Below, piece by piece: positions 15,306 through 26,853 of a DNA stretch of 32,000 bases (position 1 is the first letter of the stretch; the number at the start of each line of letters is the position of its first letter). A program made the position numbers and the translations under genes. The stretch is from Crocosphaera subtropica ATCC 51142 (lineage in GTDB: Bacteria; Cyanobacteriota; Cyanobacteriia; Cyanobacteriales; Microcystaceae). Location: positions 360,001 to 392,000 of the forward strand of contig NC_010547.1 of NCBI RefSeq assembly GCF_000017845.1. Reading direction: 5' to 3'. The notes under the pieces are model-generated. The model was not told where the DNA came from, made no database searches, and saw only the letters and a program-made list of their open reading frames with translations.

Positions 15306-15430
15306 CGCTTTACATCTCAAAAAGTTCGTTATAACATAAGGAAGTGAAAGGAAGTGAAGCTCCCTATAGCTGTACATTCAGTCAGTTGTCTTGCTACTTA
15401 GAAAGAGAAATTTCAAGAGTATAATTCCGT

Positions 15431-15742
15431 TTAAGAATTTGTAGAAAAGTCCGAAGATTGTTTAAATTCAGTGATCATTTTAGACGTATGCAAAATAGTA
15501 TCAACAGTAGATATAGAGTTATTAAGAACGTGAAAGTAAGTGAGCTTTTCTTCAACTTCTAAAAGCTGTTGTTGGAGAGAGTGAAGTTGTTGAGGAGCAG
15601 AAGTGGCTTCGATTTGACTTAATAAATTGCCTTTAGCAATTTTGTAGTAGGATTGCAGATCACGAAAATGACGGTGCAAATGTGTAGCGAGAGACAAAAT
15701 AGAGTCATCGTTTAAAGTCCACTGGGGCTTTTGATTTTCCAT
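15431..15742 (-). CDS. hypothetical helical protein, divergent from ppk1
   Basis: 103-aa ORF with a helical, coiled-coil-like composition (LHSLQQQLLEVEEKLTYF). I recognise no family. Confidence 0.45.
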   Translation of the reverse strand: MENQKPQWTLNDDSILSLATHLHRHFRDLQSYYKIAKGNLLSQIEATSAPQQLHSLQQQLLEVEEKLTYFHVLNNSISTVDTILHTSKMITEFKQSSDFSTNS

Positions 15743-15857
15743 CTTTAATCAGTTAAGGAGTATTGGGTTAATTAAGGATATTGTACGTTATTTCGGAACG
15801 TTGGTAACAAGGATAATAGCAGATAAAAAAAGCATAAAGTTACCTTAAACTTGATGG

Positions 15858-15863
15858 TATAAT
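15858..15863 (+). promoter_or_regulatory. candidate extended -10 box for ppk1
   Basis: TGgTATAAT (TATAAT at 15858-15863) lies 29 nt upstream of the ppk1 ATG. No convincing -35 element was identified. Confidence 0.3.
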
Positions 15864-15891
15864 CTAATCGGGGTAAAAGGTTTTTAAAATA

Positions 15892-18093
15892 ATGTCTAAA
15901 ACTGAAAAAGAATTTGGGGAAATGAACTTAAAAGAGGCACAATATTATCTAAATCGAGAATTGAGTTGGCTCGAATTCAATAAGCGAGTGCTTTACGAAT
16001 CAGAAGATCCCCGAACCCCACTCTTAGAGCGTTTAAAATTTAGTGGAATTTTCAGTTCAAACCTAGACGAATTTTTTATGGTGAGAGTTTCAACCCTCAA
16101 AGAGCAAGTAGAAGCTAAAGTGAGTCAATTAACACCAGATGGACGGACTCCTCAAGGACAGTTAGAAGAAATAGAGAAAACCCTTAGACCCTTAATAACA
16201 AAGCAACATGAGGATTTTGAACAAGAATTACGTCCTCAATTAAACCAAGTGGGGATTCATCTACTAAGTTATACAGACCTAAAAGAGCAACAGATTGAAT
16301 ATCTTGGCAACTACTTTAAACAACAGATTTTTCCCGTCTTGACCCCTTTAGCAGTAGACCCAGGACATCCCTTTCCAAAAATGGCTAACTTGAGCCTAAA
16401 CTTGGCTGTAGCCGTAGTCAATCCCCATAATGGACAAGAAAATTTTGCGAGAGTCAAAGTCCCCACCGATTTACTACCCCGTTTTATTCCCTTGCCGTCT
16501 CATTTGTGGGAGCAACCTCAATCAGAAGGAGTTTGGGTGGGGGTTCTCTTAGAAGAAGTCATTGCAGATAATTTGTCATCTTTATTTGCTGGGATGAAAA
16601 TCAAAGAGTTTTGTGTTTTTAGACTAACGAGAGATGCGGATTTTCCTGTACAAGAAGACGAAGCGGATGACTTATTGATAGCCATTCAACAAGAAATCAG
16701 TAAACGGCATTTTCAAGGATTTACAGTGCGTCTAGAAATTCAAAAATCAGCCTCTTCTTTCATTAAAGAAATGTTGATGAGGGGGCTAAACATTGGTCGA
16801 GACGACGTTTATGAGATAGCAGGGTTATTAAATCTCAAAGACTTGATGTTTTTCTTATCAACGCCACTTCCAGAACTAAAAGATCCTCCGTGGATACCTG
16901 TATTGCCCCCTCGTTTGCGACAAGTTCATAAATATCAAACCGCGCTAGAAAACAATGGGATGGAATTAGCTCAACCAGAAGATGTCTTTGCAGTCATTAG
17001 GCAAGGAGATTTACTGGTTCACCATCCCTATGAATCTTTTAGGGACTCGGTCGAACTATTTATCACTCAAGCGGCCGATGACCCTCAAGTGCTGGCCATA
17101 AAAATGACCTTGTATCGGACTTCAGGGGATTCACCGATTATCAAAGCATTAATTCGGGCAGCCCAAAATCGTAAACAAGTAGCGGTTTTGGTGGAGCTAA
17201 AAGCTCGTTTTGACGAAGAAAGTAATATCAACTGGGCAAAACAACTTGAAGAAGCAGGGGTTCATGTGGTTTATGGGTTAGTGGGACTGAAAACCCATAC
17301 CAAAACCGTATTAGTGGTCAGAAAAGAAGAGCAAGAAATTCGTCGTTATGTGCATATCGGAACAGGGAACTATAATTCTAAAACAGCTAAACTTTATACT
17401 GATGTCGGCATTCTCAGTTGTTGTGAAGAATTGGGAGAAGACTTAACGGATTTATTTAACTATCTAACAGGATTTTCACAACAGCAATCTTATCGAAAAT
17501 TACTGGTAGCTCCGGTCAGTCTGAGACCGCGTTTAATCAGTTTAATTGAACGAGAGAGTGAATTAGCTCAACAGGGAAAATCGGCTCAAATTACGGCAAA
17601 AATGAATTCCTTAGTTGATCCTCAATTAATTCAAGCTCTTTATCAAGCCTCCATGGCCGGGGTTAAAATTCAGTTAATTGTGCGAGGAATTTGTTGTTTG
17701 CGACCCGGTTTAGAGGGAGTTAGCGAGAATATAGAGGTCATTAGCATTATTGGCCGTTATTTAGAACATTCCCGTATTTTTTATTTTCATAATGACCGAG
17801 ATAGTGAAATATTTATTGGTAGTGCTGACTGGATGCCACGGAACTTAGATCGACGGGTTGAAGTGGTGACACCGGTTGAAGCACCGAACTTAAAGCAGCA
17901 GTTAAAAGAGATGTTAGACATTTTCTGGTCAGATAACCGTCAAGCATGGGAACTACAATCAGATGGTTCGTATCATCAACGTCATCCCCAAAATGAAGAT
18001 CCAGAAAGAAATGCACAACTGATCTTTATGGAAAAAGCGACGCAATCAATAGACTTTTCGCGTCTAACCTCTAATCAAAAAAGCGAATGCTAG
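15892..18093 (+). CDS. ppk1: polyphosphate kinase 1
   Basis: 733 aa with the PPK1 N-terminus YLNRELSWLEFNKRVL and two PLD-like HKD regions (GLKTHTKTVLVVR, and YLEHSRIFYF with IGSADWMPRNLDRRVEV). Confidence 0.95.
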   Translation: MSKTEKEFGEMNLKEAQYYLNRELSWLEFNKRVLYESEDPRTPLLERLKFSGIFSSNLDEFFMVRVSTLKEQVEAKVSQLTPDGRTPQGQLEEIEKTLRPLITKQHEDFEQELRPQLNQVGIHLLSYTDLKEQQIEYLGNYFKQQIFPVLTPLAVDPGHPFPKMANLSLNLAVAVVNPHNGQENFARVKVPTDLLPRFIPLPSHLWEQPQSEGVWVGVLLEEVIADNLSSLFAGMKIKEFCVFRLTRDADFPVQEDEADDLLIAIQQEISKRHFQGFTVRLEIQKSASSFIKEMLMRGLNIGRDDVYEIAGLLNLKDLMFFLSTPLPELKDPPWIPVLPPRLRQVHKYQTALENNGMELAQPEDVFAVIRQGDLLVHHPYESFRDSVELFITQAADDPQVLAIKMTLYRTSGDSPIIKALIRAAQNRKQVAVLVELKARFDEESNINWAKQLEEAGVHVVYGLVGLKTHTKTVLVVRKEEQEIRRYVHIGTGNYNSKTAKLYTDVGILSCCEELGEDLTDLFNYLTGFSQQQSYRKLLVAPVSLRPRLISLIERESELAQQGKSAQITAKMNSLVDPQLIQALYQASMAGVKIQLIVRGICCLRPGLEGVSENIEVISIIGRYLEHSRIFYFHNDRDSEIFIGSADWMPRNLDRRVEVVTPVEAPNLKQQLKEMLDIFWSDNRQAWELQSDGSYHQRHPQNEDPERNAQLIFMEKATQSIDFSRLTSNQKSEC

Positions 18094-18103
18094 TGAGTAA
18101 AAA

Positions 18104-18352
18104 ATGGATAAGTCAGAGTTTCTCAACCCAAAATATCCTTATCGCGGGCAAGTCAAACCAGAAAATTTAGTGTTTAATAGCAACCTGCAAGAATTTGCCC
18201 AACAAGTGGGTTACATTTGTGGGCTAGAAACAAACGGGAAAATTTCTTCGAGTGAGGCTTATACACAAATTCATTCCCTCTGGGAGCAACTAGAAAATTC
18301 TAAGCATGGATTAGGAATTAGGCATTCAGAATCGGATGACATAGAAGACTAG
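18104..18352 (+). CDS. small conserved-looking hypothetical protein, probably co-transcribed with ppk1
   Basis: 82-aa ORF starting 10 nt after the ppk1 stop. It is a hydrophilic helical protein (NLQEFAQQVGYICGLETNGKISSSEAYTQIHSLWEQL) with an acidic tail. Confidence 0.55.
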   Translation: MDKSEFLNPKYPYRGQVKPENLVFNSNLQEFAQQVGYICGLETNGKISSSEAYTQIHSLWEQLENSKHGLGIRHSESDDIED

Positions 18353-18404
18353 GATGGGGTGAATATCCTAATCTTCACAGGAGTTGTGATAAGTGGAAAA
18401 AAGT

Positions 18405-19100
18405 TTATTTAAGAACTTTTTTTTCTAAGACATGACCTGATTGATCCATCTCATAAACAAGAGGAACTCCAGTCCCAAGTTCTAAATTGGGGATAGCTTC
18501 AGAAGAGATGTTTTCTAGTTCCATAATGATAGAACGTAAAGAATTGCCGTGGGCAGCAATGAGAACATGATCTCCCTCAATAATATGTTTGAGAATACGG
18601 TCACGGAAAAAGGGCAAAGTACGACGACGAGTATCTTCAAGACTTTCACCCCCAGGGGGCCGAACATCATAAGAACGTCGCCAAGTATGCACCTGTTGTT
18701 CCCCGAACTTTTCTGAGGTTTCAGCTTTGTTTAACCCTTGTAAATCACCGTAGTAACGTTCATCAAGGGCAGCACTAAGAAAAATGGGTAATTCATCGTT
18801 AGGGTTGCCGTCATATTGATCCCAACCATGCCAATCTTTATCGTCAGTATTATGCTTAATAATGGGGATTTTGCCACCACAGATATCATCTACCTCTGTT
18901 AAGCAAATAACAGCCGTTTCAATAGCCCGAAAGAGCATACTGGTAAAACAAACATCGACACGATAAGGGCGTAATTTACAAGAGGCGACAGTGGCCTCAG
19001 CCCGACCCTGTTCACTGAGGGGAACATCAACCCAACCCGTGAATTTATTAGCTGCATTCCACAAACTTTGTCCATGTCGAATTAAAATTAGCTGAGACAT
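18405..19100 (-). CDS. gpmA: 2,3-bisphosphoglycerate-dependent phosphoglycerate mutase
   Basis: It carries LILIRHGQSLWNAANKFTGWVDVPLSEQG (the RHG catalytic motif), ERYYGDLQGLNKAET, WRRSYDVRPP and IAAHGNSLR. Confidence 0.9.
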   Translation of the reverse strand: MSQLILIRHGQSLWNAANKFTGWVDVPLSEQGRAEATVASCKLRPYRVDVCFTSMLFRAIETAVICLTEVDDICGGKIPIIKHNTDDKDWHGWDQYDGNPNDELPIFLSAALDERYYGDLQGLNKAETSEKFGEQQVHTWRRSYDVRPPGGESLEDTRRRTLPFFRDRILKHIIEGDHVLIAAHGNSLRSIIMELENISSEAIPNLELGTGVPLVYEMDQSGHVLEKKVLK

Positions 19101-19106
19101 TTCTCC

Positions 19107-20534
19107 TTAACTCCCTTGTGCAATAGTGTGAACATTAAGGAAGCTAGTGCTTCTAGCTTGTCTTAAAGGTAAACCGCCTAAAATCAAAATCTCATCTCCT
19201 GGGGTAGCAAAATTCCGTTCCAATAACACGGATTCCATTTGTTCGAGTAGTTGTTCTAAGGTGAGACCATCGTATTGAAAGAGAACAGGACGCACTCCCC
19301 AAACTAAGTTAAGACGATGATAAACCTCTAAGCTAGGGGTTAAAGCCACAACGGGAACCTTGGGACGTTCTGCTGCAGCTAATTTGGCTGAGTAACCAGT
19401 TTCAGTAAAGGCGACAATACATTGAAGCTCAAGCACTTTATCAATGGCGTTGAGAGCTTCGGCTAAGGCACCAGCTTTATCTCGATTTCGTGGGGGATAA
19501 TTAGTAAAGCTAATTTCTGGTTCAATATCACGAGCAATACTAGCTAACATCGTCACTGCTTGTACAGGAAAGTCACCGACAGCCGATTCTCCTGAAAGCA
19601 TGACGGCATCAGTCCCATCAATAATAGCATTAGCGACATCGCTGGCTTCGGCACGAGTAGGACGAGGGTTACGAATCATACTATCGAGCATTTGAGTGGC
19701 GGTAATCACAGGAATACCTTTTTGATTACACATCCGAATAATGCGTTTTTGAAGCAAGGGAACTTTTTCAGGACGCATTTCGACCCCTAAATCACCACGA
19801 GCGACCATAATGGCATCACATTCATTGACAATAGCCTCTAAATGTTCAATGGCCTGGGGTTTTTCAATTTTGGCTAAGACAGGAATATCAACATTTTTAG
19901 CGGCCAACAGGGATTTCAAGGTTTGAATATCGGCAGCTTGGCGAACAAAACTTAAAGAAATAAGATCGACCCCTTGAGAAATACCAAATTCTAAGTCTTT
20001 TTTATCCTTTTCTGTCATCGAAGGAAGTCGTAAGTTGAGAGAAGGAAAATTGACTCCTTTATGACTTTTGAGAACGCCACCTTCAACCACCTGGCAAGTC
20101 ACCGCATTACCCTCAATAGTTTCAACCCTTAATTCTAATAAGCCATCATCCAATAAAACTTGGGTGCCAGGTTGTGCTTCTTCGGCCACATAAGGATAAT
20201 CAATACCGATAGTATTCTCTTGATTTTGCCATTCTTTGAGGGGAACCAAGGTGATAGAGGAGCCATCGGTTAAGGTAATTCCGTCTTTGGGTAGTTCTCC
20301 GACCCGAATTTTTGGCCCTTGTAAGTCTTGTAAAATGGTAAGGGGTAGGTCTAATTCTTCTGAAAGCTGACGGAGTAATTTGACCATTTGACCATGATCT
20401 TCATAGCTACCATGAGAAAAATTTAATCGAGCGACATTCATCCCTGCCAGCATCATTCGACGTAGGACATCAGGGGAATGACTGGCCGGTCCAATAGTAG
20501 CAACGATTTTAGTGCGAAAAATTAAGGGTTTCAT
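19107..20534 (-). CDS. pyk: pyruvate kinase
   Basis: 475 aa carrying TKIVATIGPAS, NVARLNFSHG, IMVARGDLGVE and VITATQMLDSM. Confidence 0.95.
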   Translation of the reverse strand: MKPLIFRTKIVATIGPASHSPDVLRRMMLAGMNVARLNFSHGSYEDHGQMVKLLRQLSEELDLPLTILQDLQGPKIRVGELPKDGITLTDGSSITLVPLKEWQNQENTIGIDYPYVAEEAQPGTQVLLDDGLLELRVETIEGNAVTCQVVEGGVLKSHKGVNFPSLNLRLPSMTEKDKKDLEFGISQGVDLISLSFVRQAADIQTLKSLLAAKNVDIPVLAKIEKPQAIEHLEAIVNECDAIMVARGDLGVEMRPEKVPLLQKRIIRMCNQKGIPVITATQMLDSMIRNPRPTRAEASDVANAIIDGTDAVMLSGESAVGDFPVQAVTMLASIARDIEPEISFTNYPPRNRDKAGALAEALNAIDKVLELQCIVAFTETGYSAKLAAAERPKVPVVALTPSLEVYHRLNLVWGVRPVLFQYDGLTLEQLLEQMESVLLERNFATPGDEILILGGLPLRQARSTSFLNVHTIAQGS

Positions 20535-20565
20535 GGACGTTCGACTTCACAAAAAGAACTGTATG

Positions 20566-22140
20566 TTAGTGATAAGAGATAGTTAAGTTGGCGGGTTTGG
20601 CGCGATCTCCGGTCAAAGTTACCCCTCGTTGATTGGCGGCTAAATGGCGAACAATTTGATAAACGGTTTCACATTGTTCGCTTGCCCCTGCTTTTGCGGA
20701 CAAATCAGTGATATTTAAGGGAGTGGATGACGCTTTAAGAACCCCTAACACATCTCGCTGTAAGTCAAGAATAGAAGCAGCTGCTTTCTTTCCGGCTTCC
20801 ACTCCTGGTTGATGATAGGCGTTAATATTAACCAAAGAGGCATAAAGTCCCACGGCCCTTTCATAAAGAGCAATTAATGCACCAACGGTACGAGGATTAA
20901 CTTGGGGAATGGTAATGGTGATCGAATCTCGGTGATTATCGTATAAAGCAAGTCTGGTTCCCAGTAAGAACCCAGAGAGAAAGTCTCCTGATGTAGCTTC
21001 GGGTTCAACTTCTAAAGATTTCCCCGGACGATCTTCTAATACTTCAATAAAGGTGGCAAAAAAGTTAGGAATTCCTTCTCTTAATTGCTGTACATAAGCG
21101 TGTTGGTCTGTAGAGCCTTTATTGCCATATACCGCTAACCCTTGATGAACAATATTCCCGTCACGGTCTTGTTCTTTACCCAAGGATTCCATAACTAATT
21201 GTTGTAAATAGCGAGAAAATAACAACAAACTATCTTTATAAGGCAAAATGACCATATCTTTTTTGCCTTGACCATCCCCACTGTAATACCAAGCAAAGGC
21301 TAACAGGGCTGCAGGATTATTTTTAACTTCTGTTACTCTGGTGGCAATATCCATCTCCTTGGCCCCATCGAGTAATTCCCGAATATTAATTCCTAGTAAA
21401 GCAGCAGAAAGTAAGCCGACGGCTGACATTTCGGAGGTACGTCCCCCCACCCAGTCAAACATGGGGAATTCCGCTAACCAGCCTTCCATGCGCTCTAATT
21501 CGTCCATTTTGCTGCCTATCATGGTAATAGCAACTGCATGGGCTGGAAATTTTAAGCCTTGTTGTTCATAAGCCCATTTGACTTCGAGCATTCCGTTACG
21601 GGTTTCGGGGGTTCCTCCTGATTTGCTCGTAACAATAACGAGGGTACTCTTTAAACGATCTTTGAGGCGATTTAAGACTCGATCTATGCCGGCTGGATCA
21701 GTATTATCGATAAAATGAATGTTTAAAGGGGGAAAGTCTGGGGAAAGGGCTTCAGCTACAAATTCTGGTCCTAAAGCTGAACCGCCAATACCAACGGAAA
21801 GAATATCGGTAAATTTATCGGCTTCTGGGGGTTTAATGGTTCCTTGATGAACTTTCTGGACAAAAGCTTCAATCCCTTCGAGATTGTCGATAATCTCTTT
21901 TTTTTGTTCTGGAGGTGCGATTTCAGGATTTCGTAACCAGTAATGTCCCACCATGCGATTTTCATCAGCATTAGCGATTATACCTTGTTCTAGGGCTTCC
22001 ATTTCTTGGAAAGCTTGAGTAAATTGGGGTTTAAGACTTTCAAACAAGCTAGTTTCAAAGCGCATCCGACTAATATCGAGATAAAGGTCTAGCCCTTGGT
22101 GATAATAAAGCCAATCTTGATAACGTTGCCAAAGATTCAT
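20566..22140 (-). CDS. pgi: glucose-6-phosphate isomerase
   Basis: 524 aa carrying [30 protein letters not shown] and [15 protein letters not shown]. Confidence 0.95.
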   Translation of the reverse strand: MNLWQRYQDWLYYHQGLDLYLDISRMRFETSLFESLKPQFTQAFQEMEALEQGIIANADENRMVGHYWLRNPEIAPPEQKKEIIDNLEGIEAFVQKVHQGTIKPPEADKFTDILSVGIGGSALGPEFVAEALSPDFPPLNIHFIDNTDPAGIDRVLNRLKDRLKSTLVIVTSKSGGTPETRNGMLEVKWAYEQQGLKFPAHAVAITMIGSKMDELERMEGWLAEFPMFDWVGGRTSEMSAVGLLSAALLGINIRELLDGAKEMDIATRVTEVKNNPAALLAFAWYYSGDGQGKKDMVILPYKDSLLLFSRYLQQLVMESLGKEQDRDGNIVHQGLAVYGNKGSTDQHAYVQQLREGIPNFFATFIEVLEDRPGKSLEVEPEATSGDFLSGFLLGTRLALYDNHRDSITITIPQVNPRTVGALIALYERAVGLYASLVNINAYHQPGVEAGKKAAASILDLQRDVLGVLKASSTPLNITDLSAKAGASEQCETVYQIVRHLAANQRGVTLTGDRAKPANLTISYH

Positions 22141-22233
22141 GATTCACTCAGTTAATTAATACAAAAGTTTTTTAATAACAGTGATCAGTTGCTTGAACTA
22201 ATCGCTGAGAATCAGAGAGATAAAAATCTACAT

Positions 22234-23520
<1,287 letters not shown>

Positions 23521-23904
23521 CTAAATTTTGTCTGCTTTTGGGTCTTTATTTCTAATGTTTGTAAAACAGATAGGATTTTTGCACTATTAGAAACCATTAG
23601 TCGTTTTTTCCTTCATCTTCAAAACCTAGAACAATCCTATTCTAAGCTTTATATCCACTTTGAAAAATATCTTTCCTTGTCTTCTATTGATACATTTTTT
23701 GGTGAACATTTACTCTTAAAAAAATCTAAAAAAATTTTTTAACTTTTTAATAAACAAAAACTAATTAAACGTTAATTTTTTGATTAGTATAAAATGAGTA
23801 AATGAAAGAAAAATTCATATTTTCTATATTTTATATCATTTTTAATCTATTGCTAAGATAAACTACGTCCATCTTGAGAACAGGAGTTTTATTTATCTTC
23901 AAAA

Positions 23905-25188
23905 TCATTGATTTTCTTGTAATAAATTAGAAAGAGATTTTACAGCAGCAAAACTGGGATCAGGTAAAACAATCCAAGTTCCTTGGGGTGAATTATAACC
24001 ATAGTCTTGAGCAATTTTTTGAAACTCTGGTGATTGAATGATTCGTAATAATTGGGTTCCTTTCTCTGAAAAAGAGAAGAATTGATTACTATTAACAACC
24101 GTATGGGATAAGGCAACTAAGGTAAATTGAGAATTCGCTTCAATGATTTTTTTGCCAACAGAATAATAAGTTAATGCCCAAGGAAAACCTCCTTCTTCTA
24201 AAGCAACTTTAATCTTAGAGGACGTAGACTCTGCAAAACCAGAACGAAGTCTTAACTTTTCCATTTTTTTGGCAAGTTCTGGAGGCGTTTCTATTGGTAA
24301 TGGTTCAAATTGAGGAATGTCAGAACGATTGATTAATTGTGGTTGATTGGCTAAATTATTTAATAACATATTGTACCAAATTGTCCCGATTAAAGTTTCA
24401 GCCATTACGCCACCATTGGATTTACGAGCATCAGTAATAATAACTCCTGGAGGGGAGACGTATTGCATTAATCCCATTTGGTTCCAAGTTAAATTTCCTT
24501 CTAAAAAATCCGCAAAGGTAACGGTATCTACTTTATAATCAAAACCATACTTTTTGAGAGAATTATCAGCTTTAATTGCGGTAAAAAACTGATTTTCTGC
24601 TAAAGTTTGAGCGGCATTTTTATTAACGACTAAAACCATAGGATCACTAAATGTTGCTTCGTTGTCTAAAATTTTTATACCTTTAGCTTCTAGGATTTGT
24701 TTTCCTCCTTCAGCAATGGGTGCATCTCCTGTCCAAATAAAATCTAACTGATCTAAATCTGTTTGAGATTGAAGGGTAGATAATTGGGAAATTGAGCCTT
24801 TTTTTGTAATACTTCCTTCAGTTATTTGTAAATTTTGTTGTTCTAATAGTTCTCTTACTGTCTCATTTCTCACTAATAAGTCATATCGTTCTCCCCCAAC
24901 ATAACCATAAATTAAATTAGGAGTTTTAAATTTTTCTTGAATTTGAGGAAATCCAAAAACTGCTAACAAAAATATACTTAAACCCAGTAAAATATAAGCA
25001 ATCCAAGTAGAAAAGTTTTGAATTCTCTGACTCAAACTACTCGTTAAAATTAACACAGCTATACTGACAGTTAAACCAATGGCGATCGCATTGATCCAAT
25101 TGACTCCTAATAACTTGAGAACTAAGGTTATCAGAACAATTAGAATACTACTAATGAGTTGAGAGAGTTTTCTTTGTTGACGATTCAT
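23905..25188 (-). CDS. membrane-anchored extracytoplasmic protein with a substrate-binding-protein-like domain
   Basis: 427 aa. Three N-terminal hydrophobic helices (aa ~10-85) are followed by a ~340-aa soluble domain with an alternating beta/alpha, SBP-like character (DFIWTGDAPIAEGG, MVLVVNKNAAQ). It is the third gene of the 28737-23905 operon, 34 nt after the preceding stop. Confidence 0.6.
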   Translation of the reverse strand: MNRQQRKLSQLISSILIVLITLVLKLLGVNWINAIAIGLTVSIAVLILTSSLSQRIQNFSTWIAYILLGLSIFLLAVFGFPQIQEKFKTPNLIYGYVGGERYDLLVRNETVRELLEQQNLQITEGSITKKGSISQLSTLQSQTDLDQLDFIWTGDAPIAEGGKQILEAKGIKILDNEATFSDPMVLVVNKNAAQTLAENQFFTAIKADNSLKKYGFDYKVDTVTFADFLEGNLTWNQMGLMQYVSPPGVIITDARKSNGGVMAETLIGTIWYNMLLNNLANQPQLINRSDIPQFEPLPIETPPELAKKMEKLRLRSGFAESTSSKIKVALEEGGFPWALTYYSVGKKIIEANSQFTLVALSHTVVNSNQFFSFSEKGTQLLRIIQSPEFQKIAQDYGYNSPQGTWIVLPDPSFAAVKSLSNLLQENQ

Positions 25189-25222
25189 ACTATTTCACAT
25201 CTTTTAAACTAAAAAATACTGA

Positions 25223-26794
25223 CTAAATTTGAGCCTCCCGAAATGCTTTAAGTAATTCATCTAAAGTTTCACTAGCATTTTGTGAAATAATAGGTCTTGC
25301 ATCTAGTTTAGCGGATAATTGTTGCAGTTGTTGAGTATTAACTCCTCCTGCTCCAACAATCGTTAATTCTGGATTTTTATCTTGAATTGACTGATAAATA
25401 TTCAACAGTTCAGGGGTGACAGGATCACGAAATTGTCCATCGGTAAATAAGAAAATTTCCAGTTTATAATCAGAGGGAATTTTTTGAGCTGTTTCTAATC
25501 CCATGATTAACCCTTTATCCACAGGGGTTCCTCCCCCTGGTTTTACTTCTTTTTGCAAAGTTTCCCATAAAGTTTCTCTTGATATTTCTTCCCCTGGTTG
25601 ACTATTAAGAGGAATTTGGTAAGCATCATTTCTTTGATAAATAATTAAACTAAAACGATCATCAGGAGAGTATAAAAAATTATCTTTGGCTTTTTGGGGT
25701 TCTAATAATTCTGAAAAAGCAGCTAATAATTGTTCGTAACCTTGTCCTCTCATGGAACCAGAAGCATCAATAATGCCAATAATCCACCGTTTTTGTCGTA
25801 CTGAAGGGTGAAAGTTATCTAAAAGTTGACGATGCACTTCAGCAATGGGAGTGACTTCTTTGGTAACAGTATTAGGTAAGGGTGGATTTAATTGTTTAAT
25901 TTGCTGAAATTTACGGGGATTTTCTGCTTCTAATTGATTAAAAACTCCTTCAATTAATTGGGTTTTTAGGGTTTCATTTTCTGTTGTTACAAACCAAGTT
26001 GGGGTGACAGTAATAGCTGGTTTGACTTCGATTAAAGTAACCGGTTTTGATAAGGAAAGTGTTTCTCCATGATGATACAATGCTTTGCCATCGGGAGCGT
26101 ATAAAAATCGATAGAGAGCAACCAGTGTATTTTCTGGCCAATCTTTGGCTAATGTTTCCGCTAAATAACCGGTACTTTCACTAGATTTACCTAAATTTTG
26201 ATAAATAGGCTGTAGGGGTTTTAAAGACTCAGGGGTTATTTGTTCTGGGGTTAAGGTAGAAGCAATGGTTTCTCTGGTTAACCAAAGTAGAGTATTATAG
26301 CCACTATTACTATAGGTGGGAATGGTGGTGGCTAACTGTATTTCTCCTGATTTGAGTTTATCTAAAATTTCCTGACGAGGGACAATTTTGTTGTCCCATC
26401 CTAATGATTGTGCTGTGGTTTTTGGCAGAGCAAATTGTACTCGACTTTGATACAATGTTCCAGAGGTATTCACCCAATTGGCAGAAGGACATTTAATATC
26501 GGGCCACATTTCATCTGCAATAGCGATCGCATCGAGTTCTCCTTTACAAGCCATGTTAACTAAAGAAACTGACCCTTTTGGGATGATCGTAACCCTTTTT
26601 TTTGTTGCTTGTTCGGCTAAGGATGTTATTTCTTCTTCAAAGATTAAATTCTCTGAAGAAATGCCAATACGAATCCCATTATTATTACTAAAGCTATTAT
26701 TATTTTGATTATTTTGGCAACTGTAAATAGTCACTGTCAGGAAAAGTGTGACACAGAAACTAATCATTAACCGAATACTTTTATGATGACTCAT
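25223..26794 (-). CDS. substrate-binding and von Willebrand factor A (VWA) domain-containing lipoprotein-like protein
   Basis: The signal/lipobox-like N-terminus (LFLTVTIYSC) is followed by an Asn/Gln-rich linker and an SBP-like domain. The C-terminal VWA domain has a complete MIDAS motif (IIDASGS ... GGGTP ... FTDG). I prefer the ATG giving MSHHKS (26794). The ORF track start at 26866 would overlap the upstream gene. Confidence 0.8.
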   Translation of the reverse strand: MSHHKSIRLMISFCVTLFLTVTIYSCQNNQNNNSFSNNNGIRIGISSENLIFEEEITSLAEQATKKRVTIIPKGSVSLVNMACKGELDAIAIADEMWPDIKCPSANWVNTSGTLYQSRVQFALPKTTAQSLGWDNKIVPRQEILDKLKSGEIQLATTIPTYSNSGYNTLLWLTRETIASTLTPEQITPESLKPLQPIYQNLGKSSESTGYLAETLAKDWPENTLVALYRFLYAPDGKALYHHGETLSLSKPVTLIEVKPAITVTPTWFVTTENETLKTQLIEGVFNQLEAENPRKFQQIKQLNPPLPNTVTKEVTPIAEVHRQLLDNFHPSVRQKRWIIGIIDASGSMRGQGYEQLLAAFSELLEPQKAKDNFLYSPDDRFSLIIYQRNDAYQIPLNSQPGEEISRETLWETLQKEVKPGGGTPVDKGLIMGLETAQKIPSDYKLEIFLFTDGQFRDPVTPELLNIYQSIQDKNPELTIVGAGGVNTQQLQQLSAKLDARPIISQNASETLDELLKAFREAQI

Positions 26795-26853
26795 GAGACT
26801 GTTAAATAAGGTCTGCTGAAAAAATACTTTAATAGGAGCAAAGAAAAGGTAAG

